The position numbers and the translations under genes are program-made. The notes below the pieces were generated by a model. That model did not search any database and had not been told where the DNA came from. It saw only the letters and a program-made list of their open reading frames with translations. A stretch of 64,000 nt of DNA from Candidatus Limnocylindrales bacterium (GTDB lineage Bacteria > Chloroflexota > Limnocylindria > Limnocylindrales > CSP1-4): positions 65,339 to 129,338 of the forward strand of contig DATBLH010000069.1 in assembly GCA_036555445.1 (NCBI GenBank). Direction: 5' to 3'. Positions 61,775 to 64,000 of this stretch are shown here, piece after piece (position 1 is the first letter of the stretch; the number at the start of each line of letters is the position of its first letter).

Positions 61775-61797
61775 TTAAAACCGGCCTCGAAAGCCGG
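61775..61797 (-). terminator. Intrinsic-terminator-like hairpin after pyrF (CCGGC-UUUCGAG-GCCGG-UUUUAA)
   Basis: This is the best stem plus U-tract I found in the window. It shares its 3' arm with an alternative hairpin at 61769..61786. Confidence 0.4.
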
Positions 61798-61798
61798 G

Positions 61799-62668
61799 CT
61801 AGCGTAGCACAGGCAACCGCGACGCCCACTCGGCCGCACTGGCCGCGATTCGCTCCCCCGCGTCGCTCGATTCGCCCCCGGCGGCCGCCGTCCCGACGCC
61901 GGCCGTGATGCCCCGCGAGACGTTGACGAGGAGGCCGCCGCCCGGTCGGGCGCCCGTGGGCGGAGCGGTCGCCGGACCCGCCGCCAGGGCCGCTTCCAGG
62001 TCACCTCCCTGGGCTCCGACACCGGGCACGAGAAAGGCGAGACCGGGCGCGATCGCCCGGATGGCGGCCAGCTCGCCGGGCCCCGTCGCGCCGACGACGA
62101 GGCCCACCATCCCGCCCGAACCCCAGCTCGCCGTCCGGCGCGCAACGTGCAGATGCAGAGGCTCGGCGACCCCGCGCTCGCCGGCCACGACGAGGTCCTG
62201 GAACTCCCCCGCCCCGGGATTGGAGGTGCGGCAGAGGACGTAGGCGAACCGGTCCGGTCGTTCCAGGAACGGCTCCAGCGCCGCTCCGCCCAGATAGGGG
62301 TTGAGGGTCACGGCGTCCGCGCCCAGGGCATCGAACAGGGCAACCGCCTGGCGCGACGCGGTCGTCCCGATATCGGCGCGCTTGGCGTCGACCACGACGG
62401 GGACCTGGGGTGGGATCCGCGCGCGCACGCGCTCGAGGGCCGCAAGGCCGGACGACCCGAACGCCTCGAAGAACGCGAGGTTCGGCTTGAAGGCGGCGGC
62501 GACGTCGGCCGTTGCATCCACGATCAGCCGGGCAAACCGCTCGATTCCATGGACGTCGGCCGGGAACCCCGCGGGAAGGGCAGCCGGATCGGGGTCCAGC
62601 CCGACGCACAGCACCGTCCCCGACGCCGCCGACCTTGCGGCCAGCCGCTCGAGATAGGTGCCCGTCAC
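61799..62668 (-). CDS. pyrF: Orotidine 5'-phosphate decarboxylase (type 2)
   Basis: LCVGLDPD...FKPNLAFFE...VVVDAKRADIGTT...VTLNPYLG. GTG 62668 forms a GTGA overlap with the upstream stop. The tracked 462-aa ORF is over-extended. Confidence 0.9.
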   Translation of the reverse strand: MTGTYLERLAARSAASGTVLCVGLDPDPAALPAGFPADVHGIERFARLIVDATADVAAAFKPNLAFFEAFGSSGLAALERVRARIPPQVPVVVDAKRADIGTTASRQAVALFDALGADAVTLNPYLGGAALEPFLERPDRFAYVLCRTSNPGAGEFQDLVVAGERGVAEPLHLHVARRTASWGSGGMVGLVVGATGPGELAAIRAIAPGLAFLVPGVGAQGGDLEAALAAGPATAPPTGARPGGGLLVNVSRGITAGVGTAAAGGESSDAGERIAASAAEWASRLPVLR

Positions 62669-63903
62669 CGTGACGGCGATGGCGAGGTTGCGGGCGGCGG
62701 CGAGGCCAGGGACGGCGAAGGCGAGACGGCCGGCAGCTGATCGGCCGGGATGAACCAGTCCGGGCCCGACGAGCCATCCAGGCCGGAGACCTCGGTCAGG
62801 TCGAGGGGTTCGCCAAGGGTCCAGCTCGGTGCGCTGCCCTCGAGCGGGATCATCCGCAGGTCCACAATCCCGTGCTCGATGTGGAGGAAGGCGATCGCAT
62901 CCCCTCGCGGAGACCAGACCGGCGACCAGGACCTGCCGTCGTTCGTGAGCCGGATGAGCTCGTTCCCGCGACCACCCTCGAGGATCACGACGTTGGTCCC
63001 GAAGGCGTCCGTCTTCGTGGCCACGATGTACCGGCCGTCGGGCGAGTACTCGGGCTGGTTGTAGCCGGGACCCGTCATCGCCCGGACGCGCTTCTCGACG
63101 CGGTCCCAGCGCGCGATCACCGGGGCACCGCGCGCACCGTCCCGGCCATTGCGGACGTAGATGAGATAGCGGCCGTTGGGGTGCCACGACGGATCCTGGT
63201 GGCCGAGCGGGCGCGTTTCCGGCAGCTGCGGGTTCGTGATCTGTCCCGTGGACAGGTTGAGCATCTGGATGACGACGTCGCTGTCGAACGGGTCGGGCTG
63301 GTCGGAGAGGAGCGCCACGAGCCGCCCGTCCGGCGAGACGGCCGGCTGGCGAAGCCAGAAGAACCAGCGGTTCCTGCCGTTCCGGAAACGACCGCTCTTG
63401 ATCAGCTCGGGGGCGGCGCTGCCGTCGGCCAGGACCCGCATCAGGCGGGGCGACGTGAGGTTGTACTTGCGGTCGACGCCCTGGATCGGGAACGTCGCGC
63501 GCTCCGTGAACGTGTCGATGAAGTAGATGTACCTGCCGTCCGGCGACCAGGTCGGCATCGACGCCCGGCCGCTCGTCGACAGCTGACGGACGGTCTTGCC
63601 GCTCTGGATCCAGAGGTTGCCGGCCTTGGCATACACGATCGACCCCGGGACCTCGGCCAGCGGGTCGACGATGACGACGTTCGATGGGGCAGCGGTGCGC
63701 GCCGGACCGCCGTTGCCGTTGCCTCCGCCGGGTCCCCCGCCACCGCCCGGCAGGGACACCTGGCCACCCATGAGCCCGACGGTGGCGAGCGCGACGATCG
63801 CCAGGCCGGCGAGCGCGATCAACGGCGCGGCCATGGTCACGGCCGGCCCGATCCCGTATGGATCGCGCGGGTTCTCGGTCCGGCTCCGTGCCTGGCGGGT
63901 CAC
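62665..63903 (-). CDS. Membrane-anchored PD40/WD40-like beta-propeller protein (TolB-like)
   Basis: Has an N-terminal TM segment followed by repeated WSPDGRYIYF, VSPDGRLVAL, WHPNGRYLIY, YSPDGRYIVA and WSPRGDAIAF PD40 motifs. Confidence 0.8.
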   Translation of the reverse strand: MTRQARSRTENPRDPYGIGPAVTMAAPLIALAGLAIVALATVGLMGGQVSLPGGGGGPGGGNGNGGPARTAAPSNVVIVDPLAEVPGSIVYAKAGNLWIQSGKTVRQLSTSGRASMPTWSPDGRYIYFIDTFTERATFPIQGVDRKYNLTSPRLMRVLADGSAAPELIKSGRFRNGRNRWFFWLRQPAVSPDGRLVALLSDQPDPFDSDVVIQMLNLSTGQITNPQLPETRPLGHQDPSWHPNGRYLIYVRNGRDGARGAPVIARWDRVEKRVRAMTGPGYNQPEYSPDGRYIVATKTDAFGTNVVILEGGRGNELIRLTNDGRSWSPVWSPRGDAIAFLHIEHGIVDLRMIPLEGSAPSWTLGEPLDLTEVSGLDGSSGPDWFIPADQLPAVSPSPSLASPPPATSPSPSR

Positions 63904-64000
63904 GCGGGCGTCGCCGCTCCCACGGCGAGATCCGTTGCCGCCTCAGGGACCGCCTGCCGAACCGACGGGTTCAGCTCGTGCCAGCCCGCCGTGGCGACGT
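63900..64000 (-). CDS. 3' end of an unidentified upstream gene (partial)
   Basis: An open minus-strand frame, ...VATAGWHELNPSVRQAVPEAATDLAVGAATPA*, ends in a GTGA overlap with the next start. It is too short to identify. Confidence 0.4.
   Translation of the reverse strand, partial: VATAGWHELNPSVRQAVPEAATDLAVGAATPA

Noticed and set aside
1-64000. CRISPR arrays, rRNA operons, tmRNA, RNase P RNA, SRP RNA, IS elements and tandem repeats.
   Set aside because: None were seen on reading both strands. All TTCGAA/TTCAA T-loop-like signatures are accounted for by the eight tRNAs. A cmscan/RepeatFinder run would be needed for certainty.

Overview
This is a very GC-rich bacterial chromosomal window. 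Third codon positions are almost all G/C, and the non-coding strand carries many long Arg/Pro/Ala-rich shadow ORFs. I support about 67 protein genes and 8 tRNAs. About 90% lie on the minus strand, and 14 gene pairs are joined by 4-nt ATGA/GTGA start-stop overlaps.

The content is mostly core housekeeping, and the gene order mirrors the Bacillus ylo/ylq region. By coordinate (minus-strand genes are transcribed right to left):
- rpsB, yraN, rnhB, rplS, trmD, rimM, KH protein, rpsP, unknown 600-aa membrane protein, ffh
- MFS transporter (+)
- ftsY, smc, rnc, acpP, nusB, asp23, plsX, rpmF, DUF177, DivIVA/SepIVA-like protein, coaD, rsmD, recG, yloV-like, asp23
- rpmB (+)
- dtd, rpe, rlmN, fmt, def, hypothetical, priA, gmk, rluD, lspA, ileS
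- LCP protein (+)
- ilvE, CaCA antiporter, DUF1634, TauE, rpsR, ssb, rpsF
- REC-CpaE/TadZ-like ATPase (+)
- three small unknown ORFs, GT4 glycosyltransferase, tRNA-Leu(UAA), LLM oxidoreductase, tRNA Cys-Gln-Gly-Phe
- htpX, lemA, GAF-GGDEF-EAL, tRNA Val-Leu-Leu, orphan ABC substrate-binding protein
- secG, gpmI, tpiA, whiA, yvcK, rapZ, tatC, tatA, pyrF, TolB-like protein

I saw no rRNA, CRISPR, transposase or integrase. The lineage is an inference only: a high-GC Terrabacteria member, probably a deep Actinomycetota-like organism, based on whiA/yvcK/rapZ, LCP, the LLM oxidoreductase, leaderless starts and Firmicute-like synteny.

The only clearly accessory stretch is about 43.5-48.5 kb. The most unusual item there is a micro-islet at 44.9-46.1 kb: a 32-aa TM peptide, a Cys4 zinc-ribbon protein and a 92-aa protein, with its own consensus promoter and a palindrome-dense upstream region. 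I did not recognise a clear-cut novel multi-gene system. The findings are individually modest and are scored accordingly.
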